Positions 27,931-38,900 of a DNA stretch of 64,000 bases are shown here, in pieces. The DNA is from Candidatus Woesearchaeota archaeon (GTDB taxonomy: Archaea; Nanobdellota; Nanobdellia; Woesearchaeales; UBA10216), in the NCBI GenBank assembly GCA_016180195.1, contig JACPBS010000007.1, positions 9,104-73,103 of the forward strand. Direction: 5' to 3'. Within the stretch, counting starts at the first letter, position 1. The number at the start of each line of letters is the position of its first letter. A program made the translations under genes and the position numbers. Under the pieces are notes generated by a model. That model searched no databases. It was not told the origin of the DNA and was given only the letters and a program-made list of their open reading frames with translations.

Positions 27931-28929
27931 ATGAAAAACAATGAATTCGAAAAGGCAATGCTTAATGAAGAGGACTGCTTCTCAGAAATAATCGGCCAGG
28001 AAGAATCGAAAGAACAGGTGAAGTCAGCGCTCCTGATGGGAAGGCACTTAATCATAGTGGGGCCTCCGGGGATAGGGAAGACAACGCTTGCCAAAAACGT
28101 GGCAAAGCTGCTTCCCGACATCGAGGCCAACAACTGCCCATACAACTGCCTTCCTGAAAAGCCAGTATGCCCCGAATGCATATCCGGAGCAACAAAAGGG
28201 AAAAAAACTGTACCGGGCGAAAAAAGGTTCGTAAGGGTGCAAGGCAGCCCAGACCTTACGACAGAAGACCTGCTCGGCGACATAGAGCCACTGAAGGCAC
28301 TCGAATACGGACCAACATCAATAGAGTCGTTCAAGCCAGGAAAGATATTCCATGCAAACAACGGAGTGCTATTCTTTGACGAGCTCAACCGATGCCCTGA
28401 AAAAGTGCAGAACTCCCTCCTGCAGGTCCTCGAGGAAAAGAAGGCAACAATCGGAAGCTACACAATAGACCTGGAAACAGAATTCATATTCCTCGGGACA
28501 ATGAACCCGCAGGATACAAGCACAGAGAAGCTTTCAGACGTTTTCATAGACAGGTTCGACATGATATACATGAACTACCCTGGAAAAAGCGAAGACGAAG
28601 AAAAAATCGTAATCAAAAGAGGGGCAAAAAAGGCGGAATACCCCGAACAACTTTTCAAAAAAACGATCGCATTCATCAGGTCTTTAAGGAACAACAACAA
28701 GCTTCAAAAGCTTCCTAGCGTAAGGGCATCAATAGGCCTCTATGAAAGAGCCCAGGCAAATGCCCTACTGAGAAAATCAAAAACAGTCAATCAAGAAGAC
28801 ATAAAAAAGGCAATAGTATCCGTACTGGCGCACAGGATTGAGCTGAAACCCTCATCAAGATACCTGATGAGCAGCGAAGAACTCCTGGAAGAGGAGATGA
28901 AGGACTTTCTAAAAGGTGATTACCGGTGA
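27931..28929 (+). CDS. MoxR / Mg-chelatase ChlI-like AAA+ ATPase
   Basis: GPPGIGKT, CPYNC..CPEC, ANNGVLFFDELNR, TMNP, DRF. Confidence 0.9.
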   Translation: MKNNEFEKAMLNEEDCFSEIIGQEESKEQVKSALLMGRHLIIVGPPGIGKTTLAKNVAKLLPDIEANNCPYNCLPEKPVCPECISGATKGKKTVPGEKRFVRVQGSPDLTTEDLLGDIEPLKALEYGPTSIESFKPGKIFHANNGVLFFDELNRCPEKVQNSLLQVLEEKKATIGSYTIDLETEFIFLGTMNPQDTSTEKLSDVFIDRFDMIYMNYPGKSEDEEKIVIKRGAKKAEYPEQLFKKTIAFIRSLRNNNKLQKLPSVRASIGLYERAQANALLRKSKTVNQEDIKKAIVSVLAHRIELKPSSRYLMSSEELLEEEMKDFLKGDYR

Positions 28930-30097
28930 CACAGAGATCAAGGACCATTCGCCCATCGAGGAATACACCGGGAAGCTCGCGCCATCGGTAGACAAAGGGC
29001 TGATGCGCTCAGTCCTCGAGAACGACAAGCAGACAATTGATCACGGAAGGCTAATTTCTGACTCTATAAACAAGGGATTCTCATCATTCACGCCCTCAAC
29101 CCTGTTTGAGCACCTTGTAAAAAACTACAGCATCGCCCGCAACATTTACGGCGAATCAATAATAAGGAAGCTAACAGGGTATGAGCCAAGCGACATACAG
29201 AAAAATATCAAGGTGCCCGAATTCCAAAAGGAGCTCATTAAAAACATCGAGGAAAGATTCGAGAAGCTAAAAGAGGAAAAGCTCATAGACAACGAAGGCC
29301 GACTAACTGACAAGGCAATAGACCTGGCATCGCTGATATTATACACCGAGGAACTGGACAGGCTGATGCCAAAAGGATTTATCGGGGAAAGGATGCACAA
29401 GAAGGAGCACCCATACGGAATGAAGGACGAGGTAAGAAAATACACCAAAGACAGGTATAGGGACATAGAGATAAGGAAAACCATCAGGAAAGCCATACGA
29501 AGATCCCATATCGAGATACTGAAGGATGACATAGTCAGCATAAGAAGAAAAAGCAAGGGGAAGAAATACATCATATACGGGCTTGACGCATCAGGAAGCA
29601 TGAAAGGCAAAAAAATAGAAAAATGCAAGAAAGCAGGAATAGCCCTGGCATTCAAGGCCATAGATGAGAAAGACAAGGCAGGCCTGATAATCTTCGGGAC
29701 GGACATAAAGGCAGCGATACCACCCACGGACAACTTTCCAGAACTGCTGAAGGAAATAACAAAGGCAAAGGCAACAGCCCAGACTGACATTGCAAGGACA
29801 ATAAGCGAGTCAGCAAAACTATTCCCAAATGAAAAAGCAACCAAGCACCTGATACTAATAACTGACGCAATACCCACAAAAGGGGAGAAGCCTGTCCAGG
29901 ACGCAATAAACGAGGCAGCCATAGCCGCATCTGAAAACATAACAATCTCAATCGTGGGAATAGACCTTAACAAGAAGGGAATAGAAAACGCGGAGGAAAT
30001 AGTCAGAAAAGGCAGCGGAAGATTATACGTTGCAAAAGACCTGGAAGAAATCGACCAAATCGTGCTGCTTGACTATTACAGCCTGGGCAACTCATAA
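28916..30097 (+). CDS. VWA domain protein (ChlD/CoxE-like)
   Basis: MIDAS DASGSM, T, ITD; RTIRKAIRR precedes the domain. Confidence 0.9.
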   Translation: MITGDTEIKDHSPIEEYTGKLAPSVDKGLMRSVLENDKQTIDHGRLISDSINKGFSSFTPSTLFEHLVKNYSIARNIYGESIIRKLTGYEPSDIQKNIKVPEFQKELIKNIEERFEKLKEEKLIDNEGRLTDKAIDLASLILYTEELDRLMPKGFIGERMHKKEHPYGMKDEVRKYTKDRYRDIEIRKTIRKAIRRSHIEILKDDIVSIRRKSKGKKYIIYGLDASGSMKGKKIEKCKKAGIALAFKAIDEKDKAGLIIFGTDIKAAIPPTDNFPELLKEITKAKATAQTDIARTISESAKLFPNEKATKHLILITDAIPTKGEKPVQDAINEAAIAASENITISIVGIDLNKKGIENAEEIVRKGSGRLYVAKDLEEIDQIVLLDYYSLGNS

Positions 30098-30131
30098 CAA
30101 TTTTTATAAATCCCGAATCCGGAACAATTGC

Positions 30132-30707
30132 ATGAGAATACTTGCATTCACAGACACCCACGGCAAGCCTAGATTCCTTAAAACAATCCAAAAAAAATCT
30201 GCCAGCGCAGACATCATCATATGCTGCGGGGACTTCACAGTCTTCGAAAACAACATGCCCAGGATACTATCAGACCTTGACAAAATCGGAAAGAAGCTGC
30301 TGCTGATACACGGGAACCACGAGGATGAAAGGCATGTCGAGGAAGCATGCCTGGACATGAAAAACATAACCTTCCTTCACAGAAAGAAACATAACTTCAT
30401 GGGGTTCACCTTCATAGGATATGGGGGAATGGGATTTTCAGCAAAGGATGACGACTTCGAGAAGTTCTCAAAGAAATACCTGAGTGAAAAGAACATGATA
30501 CTGATCACCCATGCACCACCTTACAACACCAAGGTTGATCAACTATGGAGCCACAACGGGAACAAGAGCATAACACAATTCATAAAGAAAGCACAGCCAA
30601 CACTTGCATTATGCGGGCATTTCCACGAGCTTTTCGGGAAACAGGACATTATTGGGAAGACAAGGATAATAAACCCGGGGCCTGAAGGAAAAGTGATTGA
30701 GGTTTAG
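30132..30707 (+). CDS. Calcineurin-like metallophosphoesterase
   Basis: DTHG, GD, GNHE, THAPP, GHFHE, NPG; TTTATAAA at 30103-30110. Confidence 0.92.
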   Translation: MRILAFTDTHGKPRFLKTIQKKSASADIIICCGDFTVFENNMPRILSDLDKIGKKLLLIHGNHEDERHVEEACLDMKNITFLHRKKHNFMGFTFIGYGGMGFSAKDDDFEKFSKKYLSEKNMILITHAPPYNTKVDQLWSHNGNKSITQFIKKAQPTLALCGHFHELFGKQDIIGKTRIINPGPEGKVIEV

Positions 30708-30717
30708 AAAAAACCAA

Positions 30718-30896
30718 TCAAGTGCATCTGCAACCAGGATCTATACCCGGGTTCCAGCCACAGAAACTTGCCAATTCATACTTCCCGTTCACTATACCAA
30801 CATGTGGATTAGTGCCGGTACACGCCATCCATCCGCACCTACAAAAAAAACAGAAAGAAACAAAAAAGCCAGTAAGGAAAGGGTAATTTTCCTCAT
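30718..30896 (-). pseudogene. Remnant or frameshifted small secreted-protein gene
   Basis: ATG 1 nt after the upstream stop; signal peptide MRKITLSLLAFLFLSVFFVGA; early stop; the -1 frame continues ACTGTNPHVGIVNGKYELASFCGWN. Confidence 0.4.
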
Positions 30897-30897
30897 T

Positions 30898-33800
30898 TTA
30901 TTTTTTCTTGCTGATAAAGTAAACAACCACTCCTATTAAAGATAACCCAACAATACCAAAAGCAACAAGGTTGACAAGAGGGACCCCTTTTATCTTGTCA
31001 AGTGTTGGCAACAATGAAGGCGCTCCTGACTCATTTGAGGGCTTTGACGACTCGTTAACCGGAAGAACAACATCCCCAGTTATAGGCTGCGACTGGTTTT
31101 GGACAGAAACATTTGAACCAGGTTCAGTGACTGTTTTCGTAGCAGCCGAAGCCGACACGGCGAAAATGCTGAATCCGGGGGTAACTGCCTTATAGTTGAC
31201 GTTTGTTGTGTCCTCACTGACAATTAAAGTAGTCAACTCGTTCCACTTCCCCGAGTAATACCTGAAAAGCGCCACCTTGTCCTTGGCAAAATTATTGGAT
31301 GAAAGCCACTTCTTTTCAACATTGAACTCGATTGTCGCTGTTTTCAGGCCTGCAGATCCGATATTTGAAGCATCAATCTGAAGATACTGGTATGTGGTTC
31401 CAGGAGCCGCGCCTGATGAAGGCGTAGTGTTAATCTTGGTGACTGAAAGCTCAACATTATCAGCAGATGCAGTTGTTTCAAGCAAAATCTTCCTTATGGC
31501 AATGCTAGACTTCACAATATTCATAACATTAGCTCCTGCAGGCAGATTTCCCCACTTCCTGCTGACCTTCTCGCCGGCTGCTGCTGCTGTTCCTCCGCCA
31601 CCACCTCCTCCTCCGCTGCTGCTACTGCTGCTTGAGCCGCTGTCAGTGCTGGTTGTAAAGCTGAACGGTCCTGTAGTATTACAGTTACCAACATTATCGC
31701 AAGCAGTAACGTTGTAATAATAAGTTGTGGACGATGAAAGGCTCCCCAGCGAAACGCTATGCTCTGTTATAAACCCTGTCTCTGTTGAATTTGACGAGAA
31801 TGATGAAGATGATGTGCCATGGCTTAATGTAGTATTTGTTCTCTCATTAGTATGCCAGGTTATTGTACCACCGCTAGTTGTTACAGAAGCCGCAGCAGGG
31901 GTCTGGTTGAAGAGCGGAGCTGAAAGATCATTGATCCTGAGGGTTCCGATTGTTGAATTTCCAACATCACCCGTATTGGAGTTTGTGCAGCTGAAATTAT
32001 AGCTGTAAGTGCCATTTGCAAGGGTTCCATTTACGGCAAACCATGTCCTGGTTGCATTTATTGTTGAATTGGTTGTTTTAGTCCCGTTTATCCTCAGGCT
32101 GCAGCTCTGGTTGGTCTGGTTAAGCGAAAGCAGGATCATGCTTATGTTAGGGGTCTGGGAAGTAAACTGAGGATTACTGCCGTCGCTCAAATTAATGGTA
32201 TCAAACCAGATCAAATCTACGAATGAAGCTACCGGCGAATTATTCGCAAGGGTGATGTTGAAGTAAATCCTTTCGGCAGCTGGGCTGCTCAAGTTTATCT
32301 CAATCTTGAACTGGTGAACAGTGTAATTAAGCCTTCCTGAATTCAGAATGCTGAAATTATAATTGGTAAGGTTTGTAAGGTTATTGGCAGGTGCAGGAAT
32401 CCAGTTGAGGCCATTCGAAAGATTAGCATATGATATATTGAAGTTGGTGTTGTTCAAGCTTGATGAAGTGCCATTAAGGCTAACAATAACATCAAAGATA
32501 CCTGACATGTTATTCTGGTAAGAGGTCACGTTGAAGTAAACAGTGCAAGAAGGATAGCACTGGTAAGAGCTCCTGTCTGACTTTACATACACTCCTGTGT
32601 TGTTCACACCATACGCTGAAAATCCCCCCAATCCATATGTGGGAATCCTTATTGTGGTGTAGTTAGTGCCCTGATAAAGGACAGTCACGTTAGAAGTCAC
32701 GTCCACACAGCCCGATCCATTCAAATCACACTTTATGATCTGATTCCCGAACTGCGAAATGTTAACAACAACAGCATCAATGCCGAGCAACTGCGCCATC
32801 TCCTGCCACTTTGTGCCGTTCATGCCCACCATCATCCTGGTCTGCGTGGGCTGGCCAGCCTTGGTCTCATTGATCTGGGTTAGCTGCATCATGTCAGTCA
32901 TGTTGATTGAGGTTGCCTTTGCAAGGTCAACACCCTCAAACTCGATATTCCAGGGCTTGACAGTGCCGTTTGAATCAGTTGCGTTAGGATTATCAAACCT
33001 GAGAGTAGTATTTGATATATAGCTGATATTTGAAACACTGCTCAGGGACACAAAATGGGACCCATTGTAATACGTCAGGTTCAATCCTGACATAGACGGG
33101 CTTCCCTTAGCATCGAAGAGCATTCCGAACTTGAAGCTTGACGAGCCGCTTCCACTGGTAGTGAAGTTAAGGCATGAGCTCACTGCACAGTTGCCTGAAA
33201 CATCGCAGTTCCTTGTCCTATAATAATAAGTTGTGTTCGCCTTCAAAGGCACGATTGATGTGTCTGAAATGGTTGTTGAGTCAAAGCTTACCGAATGCCA
33301 GGGCCTATACCTGTCAAACTCAAAAACAGACCCTGAAAGCACATCAGTTATGTTCGCCAGCGAAGTCACGCATGCGCTTGTAGTGTTGTAAAAATCAACA
33401 GAAAGATTGGAAGGCTCGCTGGTGCTCTGCCTGAACATCGCAAACCTGTCAAACTCATCAATGATATTGGATAAAATCTTCGGGGCACTCTTATCATTTG
33501 CCAGCAGCGTTCCCCGATTATACGCACACCATGGGGCCTGGATACAATCTGTATCAGCGCAATTGCTGGTACCATCCTGATCCTCATCAGGAGTATGCAT
33601 GCCACAGTCCTCAAACGGCGTGAACTTTCCTCCACCTATCTTGGAGAAAGCGCTCCCGCAAGCCATAGGATTCGTTTCGCAATCAGGAGGAATAAAGTCA
33701 ACCGCTCCAGGAGTGTAAGTTACATTGTAAATTGTATCGTTAGCCAAGTTAACATTAGTCAGATTATCAGTTGTTGCAAGATGATAAACAATCGAAGTGC

Positions 33801-35901
33801 TGGGGTTACCGATATCAACCAGAGGAACAACCATCACAGAAGCACCGAACATGCAAAGAGGGGCAGAATTCGGCTGGAACGGGTTAATCGGGGTTGAAAG
33901 CTTTGCAGGATACATGCCAAAAGATGTTGAATTCTGCACCATACACCTATAAGCAGATCTCTTCTCAACAGCAGCAGATCCGTTGGCAAACATAGATACA
34001 TTATAGACAAACCTATACTCAATGCCAGACACATTTATTCCGCCAATCACATCCCAGCAACCTGTTGAAGTAATTGCGTCAGTATCAAGATAATAATAGT
34101 AAAGCCCTGTGCCATTGCCCTGAGTGCCGCAAACCGCAGATGAAGCGCCATTCCCAGTCATTATGCCCATTCCTATTGACTTGCCCATATCCTTGAATCC
34201 AAACCCGAGGATGTTAATCCACTGGTGTGATGCTGCTGGCTCATTATCCATATTATTATCATCCTTAAGCCTCAATGGAGGGCCTGGCTTCTCATCCATG
34301 CCCATCGCTGAATCAAAAAGCATGGCCTGCTCCTTGTTACAGCTCAATCCTGAAGAAGTATCCCTGCAAATGCCAAATTGTCGCATCAACTCAACAAAGG
34401 CCCTGTCAGTAAGCATCTTCTTCTCAAATTCACCCCCGCCGCAAAACTTGTCAGACGAACAGGAAGGGTCAGCGCAGTCAACCAAGCTGTTCCCGTTATT
34501 GTCTGCCCCATCATAGCAAATTTCAGGGATCACGCCAAGGCTCCCATTATTCGCATTAGTATAAGTAAGATTTGTGAAGTTGCTGAAGCAAAAGTTGTAG
34601 TTAGAATTCCACGCACATACACCTGATGTTTCAACAATACCCAGGCAACCTGAAGCGTTACAGCTTGAGCATGAATATGACTCAGAGTCCCTTCCGCAAG
34701 ACTTCATAACAGTGCCCCTATCAGCGCAGAATGAAGCTCTTGCCATAGAGTCTGTAAGCCAGTCACATCCGCCTGAAACCCTGCTGTTAGTGCAGGAATT
34801 CTGGTTGAAGCAGTCCTTGCAATTGCCATCGCAATTTCCGCCAAACCTGAACTTGTCGAAATCCTCAACACAAGGACCTGCGGTGCCAATCCATTTGCAA
34901 GTACCCCTTGCACCGCTGTTACAGTCACCCTGAGTACTGCATGACCCGCAGAAATCAGAGCACCCATAACTCCCAGTATCTTCAAAATTCGGCCTGCAAT
35001 GATTGAAGTCAGACTCCCAGATACAGCTGAAATTCCCATTCAACGCCCCGTTAGTGCAATAGGATTCACTTGTAAACGAACCGCAACCGTCCTGCCTGAA
35101 CATGAAGCTGGAATTTCCGGACTTCTCAAAAAAATTGCCTCCACCAAACCCAACATCGTCAAACTCCTGCCTGTTAGCACCAAGAAGGTCAACCGGCCCC
35201 TGAGTACCCTTAGAAACAACATTATAGGTAAGGACGATCCAGCTCAATTGCGACTTGTTCACAGCAACCCTGATTGTTGAAGGGTTTGAATCGCAGACTC
35301 CGCCGGTCTTTGAGATGTTTACAAAAACAGTAACATTAGAAGATACATTAAAGCAGCTTCCAAATGTACATGCAGAAGAAAGGGACGTGCTATTATAAAT
35401 CTGAAGGCTTCCGTTACCTGTTGAATTGACTACAATATGATAATCCGATCCCGGATAACAAGGATCCTCCCTGGTTCCATTACATCCAGTGTTGGCATTC
35501 CCGTCAGCATCGAACTCTATCTCGAATGCAAGGTTGCTGCCGCCTGTAGCATTGCAGAATGTTGCGTTCGAAAAGTTCTTTCCAGTAATCTTCCAAGCTA
35601 TGAAGTGGGCATCCTGAGTAACCCAGGTTGCCCTGAGATCCCAAGTAGGGGCGCAGAACTGGCTGCTGCCTCCTGAACAGCTGAAAAACCGATCATACTT
35701 GCCGTCGCCATTGCTTGCGTAAGGAAGCCCGGAAAAATCAAGGCCCGCCCAATTAAGCGTGCCTGCACTACTTGTCTGCACGGAAAATTCCTCTGAAGAA
35801 AATTCGCCAATTATAAAAATCGAACCTGCCAACAATAAGGCAAGTATCAAAACTCCCAAGATAACCAGCCTAAAACTGTTTAACACACCCTTTTTTAGCA
35901 T
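30898..35901 (-). CDS. 1667-aa Cys-rich surface glycoprotein with FN3 and PGF-pre-PGF domains and C-terminal anchor
   Basis: Signal anchor; Cys-rich repeats; CxDGxDN..DCADxxC motifs; Ser/Gly linker; YQYL...TPGFSIFAV; TM plus KKK. Confidence 0.85.
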   Translation of the reverse strand: MLKKGVLNSFRLVILGVLILALLLAGSIFIIGEFSSEEFSVQTSSAGTLNWAGLDFSGLPYASNGDGKYDRFFSCSGGSSQFCAPTWDLRATWVTQDAHFIAWKITGKNFSNATFCNATGGSNLAFEIEFDADGNANTGCNGTREDPCYPGSDYHIVVNSTGNGSLQIYNSTSLSSACTFGSCFNVSSNVTVFVNISKTGGVCDSNPSTIRVAVNKSQLSWIVLTYNVVSKGTQGPVDLLGANRQEFDDVGFGGGNFFEKSGNSSFMFRQDGCGSFTSESYCTNGALNGNFSCIWESDFNHCRPNFEDTGSYGCSDFCGSCSTQGDCNSGARGTCKWIGTAGPCVEDFDKFRFGGNCDGNCKDCFNQNSCTNSRVSGGCDWLTDSMARASFCADRGTVMKSCGRDSESYSCSSCNASGCLGIVETSGVCAWNSNYNFCFSNFTNLTYTNANNGSLGVIPEICYDGADNNGNSLVDCADPSCSSDKFCGGGEFEKKMLTDRAFVELMRQFGICRDTSSGLSCNKEQAMLFDSAMGMDEKPGPPLRLKDDNNMDNEPAASHQWINILGFGFKDMGKSIGMGIMTGNGASSAVCGTQGNGTGLYYYYLDTDAITSTGCWDVIGGINVSGIEYRFVYNVSMFANGSAAVEKRSAYRCMVQNSTSFGMYPAKLSTPINPFQPNSAPLCMFGASVMVVPLVDIGNPSTSIVYHLATTDNLTNVNLANDTIYNVTYTPGAVDFIPPDCETNPMACGSAFSKIGGGKFTPFEDCGMHTPDEDQDGTSNCADTDCIQAPWCAYNRGTLLANDKSAPKILSNIIDEFDRFAMFRQSTSEPSNLSVDFYNTTSACVTSLANITDVLSGSVFEFDRYRPWHSVSFDSTTISDTSIVPLKANTTYYYRTRNCDVSGNCAVSSCLNFTTSGSGSSSFKFGMLFDAKGSPSMSGLNLTYYNGSHFVSLSSVSNISYISNTTLRFDNPNATDSNGTVKPWNIEFEGVDLAKATSINMTDMMQLTQINETKAGQPTQTRMMVGMNGTKWQEMAQLLGIDAVVVNISQFGNQIIKCDLNGSGCVDVTSNVTVLYQGTNYTTIRIPTYGLGGFSAYGVNNTGVYVKSDRSSYQCYPSCTVYFNVTSYQNNMSGIFDVIVSLNGTSSSLNNTNFNISYANLSNGLNWIPAPANNLTNLTNYNFSILNSGRLNYTVHQFKIEINLSSPAAERIYFNITLANNSPVASFVDLIWFDTINLSDGSNPQFTSQTPNISMILLSLNQTNQSCSLRINGTKTTNSTINATRTWFAVNGTLANGTYSYNFSCTNSNTGDVGNSTIGTLRINDLSAPLFNQTPAAASVTTSGGTITWHTNERTNTTLSHGTSSSSFSSNSTETGFITEHSVSLGSLSSSTTYYYNVTACDNVGNCNTTGPFSFTTSTDSGSSSSSSSGGGGGGGGTAAAAGEKVSRKWGNLPAGANVMNIVKSSIAIRKILLETTASADNVELSVTKINTTPSSGAAPGTTYQYLQIDASNIGSAGLKTATIEFNVEKKWLSSNNFAKDKVALFRYYSGKWNELTTLIVSEDTTNVNYKAVTPGFSIFAVSASAATKTVTEPGSNVSVQNQSQPITGDVVLPVNESSKPSNESGAPSLLPTLDKIKGVPLVNLVAFGIVGLSLIGVVVYFISKKK

Positions 35902-35953
35902 CTATCTCCCTTTTTCGTATTTTAATCTCGGCGGGGTTATATAAATTTTACTA

Positions 35954-38900
35954 TTAGAACCTTCTCAAAGCCAGATCTACCTTCGATGCGGGCCAGCCCT
36001 CTGCGATAAGTGCAGCCCTGATTTTAGACCTGGAATGGCCCAAAGCAAGTGTCCTCTCAACATAATCCTCCAACAGCTTATCATCCCCATCCCGGCCGCC
36101 TTTACGCAAGAATACCAAAACAAGCACCATGAACAGGATTAGGACCATGGGAACGATGAAATAAACGATCACAGGCAAATGGAAACCCTGATTCAAAACA
36201 ACAGGAACCTCATCATTTACGGGAATAATGCCCCGGTCATCGGAACCATTGCTTTTGCTTTCAACAGCAAGACCTGTTATTTCAGGCTTCGCTATGGGAA
36301 CAAAGTCATCAACAACAGGTTTCTCTTGCCTTGAAACTGCAGTAATGGCGAACATTGAAAACCCCGGGGATTCCCCCACATACCTGAATGAAACCAAGTC
36401 CTCCCCAATCCGCCTAACAGGGAGCTCCTGCCAAACATAGGACCTGAAACGGCGAAGCACAACAGAATCGCGCTCAAAGCCATTCAATTCAAGCCACGAC
36501 TTGTTAACGCTGAAATAGAAGAAAACCGTCTCCAGCTCCATGTCATCAGGGCGAGGAGAAACAGTAATGTTGAGGTATTGGTAAGCATCCTCAATCCCCG
36601 AGCCATTAAAAGGCTCAACAGAGACACTTAAAGACCTGAAAGGCAAAAGCGATGCAAACGTGATGTTACTAAAAGCCACGCTCGGGTTCTTTATGCCCAT
36701 TGACAGAACCTTGCCAGGCTCCACAGGCATGAACAATTTCGTGATTTTCTTGGATGATGCCTGGCTTGCAACACCGCCGCCACCACCACCACCACCACCA
36801 CTGCTGCTCCCTCCTCCACCGCAACCCTCATCAACCTGCCCGTTGCAGTTATCATCCAGGTTATTGTTGCATGACTCAGACGCGCCAGGATGAACACTGG
36901 CCCTAGCATCATCACAATCAGTCCCGTTCCCGCAGCCGGAAGCGTAATAATCATCGGCATCTGCATCAGGGCACTGCTGCCTGACAGCAGAAAACCTCAA
37001 CCCAGAGATCTTCATATAAGTCCTGTTTGATGAGGTGTTGAACAGGCTACATGCATAGCCAAGGCTGGAGCCTGGGCATGACACAAGGGTTTCGTTGGCA
37101 TTATTGCAGCTTCTGCTTATGTCATTAAGGCTTTCAACATCCGAATCCTTCACGCAGACTGTCGAGATCGTATCATTAACAGCCGGGATGCTCACATTCT
37201 TGGTCCTGTTCTGCTGCAAAGCCAGGCCCCTCACCATAATTGCGCCGAAAGTGCTGTTATCAGGCTCTGAATACAGAGAAAAGTTAAGGTAAAGGCTTGA
37301 GTTAGTAAAGTTCCAGTAAAACTCAACCATTGAAACAGAGCCGTTAGTAAGATTAACAAGGACAGTATCATTGAACCTCTGCGAAAGGTTGCTGGTGCCA
37401 TTAACGCTGATGTTAAACACGGAGGATGCTATGCTCCCTGAAAGGGTTATGAAGGAATGGTTGTATCCGAAAAGGTAATCCTCATCATCAAGAATTCCGT
37501 CATTGTCATCATCGGAATCGTATATATCCGGAACGCCGTCAGAGTCAAAATCAGGCCGGTCAACTACGGAAACGTTAAAAAACACAGCAGAGGAACCCTC
37601 GCCATCAGTTACATTGACCATGAAGGAATAGGAGCCTGAGCTGGACAGGTTAGTCCTCCAGCTGAAGTTACCGCTGCTATCCTGAGAAAAGCCTGAAAAA
37701 TTAACAGAGTAATTGAAAAACAAGCTTTCAACATCAGAAGCGGACACGGTAAGGTTTATCCAGTCAGTCTCGTTAACCGTCATATTTGAAATCTGGGAAA
37801 CAGAAGGCATGTCGTTAACTGCGGTAACATTGATGAAGATAACTTCTGACACGTTAAAAGGAGGGCTTGATGCAGTCACATTAAGGAAAATCACCCCGAA
37901 ATAATCAAGCTCAGAGGTGAAATTTGCATGGCCGCTCGAATTTACGGAAATGCGGGAATCATTAACAAAATAAGTAACATTTGAGCCTTCAGGGTCACTG
38001 GCTGAAAGATTGAAAGAGAGATTTGCATCCTCAATAATAGTGAAATTCTGGGGAGCAACATTCCAAACAGGAGGCTGGTCAGTATTATTTACAAGGAGGG
38101 TCCAGTTCAGGAAACCGAGCATGTGGCCGTCACTAACAATAACCGTAATGTTATAGCTGCCTGAGGAGTTGTAGGCTCCGGTGAAATTAAAATGCGAGAT
38201 GTTGAAAAAGCCTGACTGGTTAGAGCCGTTAAGAAGCCAGGATATGGAAACCGGATCTGTATCATTAAAGGTCATGTTGAAAGACTGGTTGGAAGGCTCT
38301 GCAATATTAAGGACAGAGGACTCAGGATGCTTGGACAAAAATGCAGGCCCTGAATTATTCATAACAACAGACCAAAGGCTCGTAGCGCCGAAAATATTAG
38401 CAGAGTTGTTGGCAAAAACCCTGAAACCAGAATCACCATTCGTAAAGTTCCTGAAGACAACAAAAAAAACAGTGTCTGAAACCCTGGACATCGAATAATT
38501 GGATCCGTTCCACTCAAGCAGGGCATTGGAGACAGTCCTATTGGCTGTAATGTTTATAGTTATGCTGGAAGAAGAAACAACAGACCCATTGGAAGGGGTA
38601 GGGCTGACAAAAGAAACATTTGGAGCTGAAGGGTCAAGAAACAAGAGCGCATCATAAACCGAAATTCTCCTAAACGTAATGCCATTGCCTGAAGAATCAT
38701 TGATGCTCCTGCCTGTCCTGTTAAAGGCATCCTCCAATGCTGCCGGAGAGATCGTGGAATTTGACAACACCCGCATGTAATTGCTTATAAGCGCAAACGC
38801 ACCTGAAACATGGGGGGTTGACATTGAAGTACCGCTCTTTGTCGAGACTGTGCCCTGAAAATCAAGAGAAACTATATCCGAACCAGGAGCTACAAGATCA

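Noticed and set aside
29146-29973. Long antisense ORFs (also 58276-59052, 15909-16517, 14859-15494)
   Set aside because: They fully overlap well-supported genes on the opposite strand and carry no motifs.
36770-36822. CCA/CCG trinucleotide runs (also near 31600 and 41090) as contingency loci
   Set aside because: They encode in-frame Gly/Ser linkers with mixed codons; length changes would not shift the frame.
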